A DNA stretch of 64,000 bases from a bacterium. GTDB taxonomy: Bacteria; Vulcanimicrobiota; Xenobia; Xenobiales; Xenobiaceae. Under the pieces are notes generated by a model. The model worked only from the letters and a program-made list of their open reading frames with translations. It searched no databases and was not told the DNA's origin. The DNA lies in assembly GCA_022839105.1 (NCBI GenBank), contig JALHDH010000002.1, forward strand, positions 8,943 through 72,942, given 5' to 3'. Position numbers and translations under genes: made by a program. How positions within the stretch are numbered: position 1 is the first letter of the stretch; the number at the start of each line of letters is the position of its first letter. This document shows, piece by piece, positions 63,013 to 64,000 of the stretch.

Positions 63013-64000
63013 ATGGCCTTCTTCCTGTTCACCCTCTTCGGTTCCACCATCCTCCTGATCACCTACTTCAACGTGGCCCTCCTGGCCCAGACCCTGGAGA
63101 AGCAGGCCGAGCAGGAAGCCCTGGGCGGGGCCGCGCAGGTGATCCCCTTCCTGCGGGAGATCCTGCCCGAGCATGGGGACCCGGCCCAAGCCCTGGCCTC
63201 GACGGAGAGAGCCCGACGCCTGAACCGCTACCTGGCCCGCGTCCCCCGCTTTCACGGCTTCCATCTTCTCACCCCGGAGGGCGTTCCGTTCTACCGGTTC
63301 AGCCAGACCACCCAGGCCGAGCCCATCCTGGGCGAGATGTCCCGCCGCGCGGCAGGGACGGGAACCCCCGTCTGGAGGCTCTGGAGCTTTGAGCCTCAGA
63401 GTCCGGGGACCGGCCACCCCTTTCCGGGACTGGGACCCTTCTATCGCGGGATCGTCACCCTGGAGTATTTCGCCCCGCTGCCGGCCCGGGATGAGGCCGG
63501 AGGCGAGGTCGGCCCGACCCGGATGGTGGCCCACGTCTCGTTGGAGACCACCCCGATGGTCCGTCGCCTTCAACTGATCGTGGTCTTCAACACCGTGCTC
63601 GCCCTGCTCTTCGTGATCACCGGCTTCATTGCCGTCAATCTCTGGGGGGAGCACGCCGTCAACCGCCCCATGACGCTCCTGCTGGCGGCCCAGGAGCGCC
63701 TCGGCCGGGGCGACTATACCACCCACGTCGATCTGGAGATCCCCTCGGTCAACGAGATGGTCGTCCTGACCAACTCCTTCAATCGGATGGCCCGGGACCT
63801 GCAGCAGTACCAGGGGGCGCTCGAAGAGAAGACCCGGCGCCTGGAAGAGGTCAACCGGCAATACCGTCAGCTCAACGAGGGCCTGGAGCAGCAGGTGGAG
63901 GAGAAGACCCGTGAGTTGCGGGAGTACTTCTCGATGTTGACCCACGACCTGCGGATCCCCCTGGCGGCCATCCAGGGATACGCGGACCTTCTGGGCAGGG
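63013..64000 (+). CDS. Sensor histidine kinase (two TM, periplasmic domain, HAMP, HisKA), 3' end outside the window
   Basis: TM1 MAFFLFTLFGSTILLITYF. TM2 LQLIVVFNTVLALLFVITGFIAV. The HAMP region is followed by the H-box FSMLTHDLRIPLAAIQGY. Alternative TTG starts at 62971 or 62989. Confidence 0.7.
   Translation, partial: MAFFLFTLFGSTILLITYFNVALLAQTLEKQAEQEALGGAAQVIPFLREILPEHGDPAQALASTERARRLNRYLARVPRFHGFHLLTPEGVPFYRFSQTTQAEPILGEMSRRAAGTGTPVWRLWSFEPQSPGTGHPFPGLGPFYRGIVTLEYFAPLPARDEAGGEVGPTRMVAHVSLETTPMVRRLQLIVVFNTVLALLFVITGFIAVNLWGEHAVNRPMTLLLAAQERLGRGDYTTHVDLEIPSVNEMVVLTNSFNRMARDLQQYQGALEEKTRRLEEVNRQYRQLNEGLEQQVEEKTRELREYFSMLTHDLRIPLAAIQGYADLLGR

Noticed and set aside
1-64000. CRISPR arrays, IS elements, integrases, rRNA/tRNA genes
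   Set aside because: I found no periodic direct repeats of 25-40 bp. I found no DDE transposase or tyrosine/serine recombinase motif. I found no inverted terminal repeats and no rRNA-like conserved stretches.

Overview
This is a 64-kb window from a high-GC bacterial chromosome (about 68-70% GC, with two clearly lower-GC patches). It is almost entirely coding. I support about 65 CDS and found no rRNA, tRNA, CRISPR array, transposase or integrase. The long ORFs on the opposite strand of real genes are mostly high-GC artefacts and were discarded. Gene starts were placed by arithmetic from the ORF track; non-ATG starts (GTG/TTG) are frequent. Core functions, from start to end: pentose-phosphate genes (zwf 3' end, then an OpcA-Pgl fusion); lexA preceded by a macro-domain gene; a futalosine-type menaquinone cluster (UbiA-family prenyltransferase, a Cys-less MqnC/E paralogue, MqnA-family, radical-SAM MqnC/E, UbiE/MenG); anmK; tyrS; gpsA; a DEAD-box helicase; glnA; rapZ-yvcK; dapA; a shikimate cluster (aroA, aroE, aroK, aroB, aroQ) interrupted by an unusual response regulator; truB. 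Accessory and interesting content: (1) a NodU/CmcH-type carbamoyltransferase fused through a TM helix to an AlgX/AlgJ-like SGNH domain, bracketed by two translationally coupled mini membrane ORFs; (2) about 9 kb downstream, a lower-GC island with an MBOAT (AlgI/DltB-like) gene and a periplasmic partner behind a 545-bp leader; (3) a membrane polyamine module (DUF350, Tat-exported flavin amine oxidase, multi-TM spermidine-synthase-like enzyme, mini ORF, double zinc-ribbon/DUF4178 protein); (4) an operon of membrane sensor, PilZ, degenerate S24 fold, GHMP kinase and ComEA; (5) an IMPase-like/ADP-ribosylglycohydrolase fusion; (6) a cytoplasmic calpain-like protease with an EF-hand loop beside secreted hydrolases; (7) a subtilase-CBM48 fusion; (8) an AMMECR1/MEMO-like pair without its radical-SAM partner. 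All family assignments come from motif recognition by eye and need HMM confirmation.
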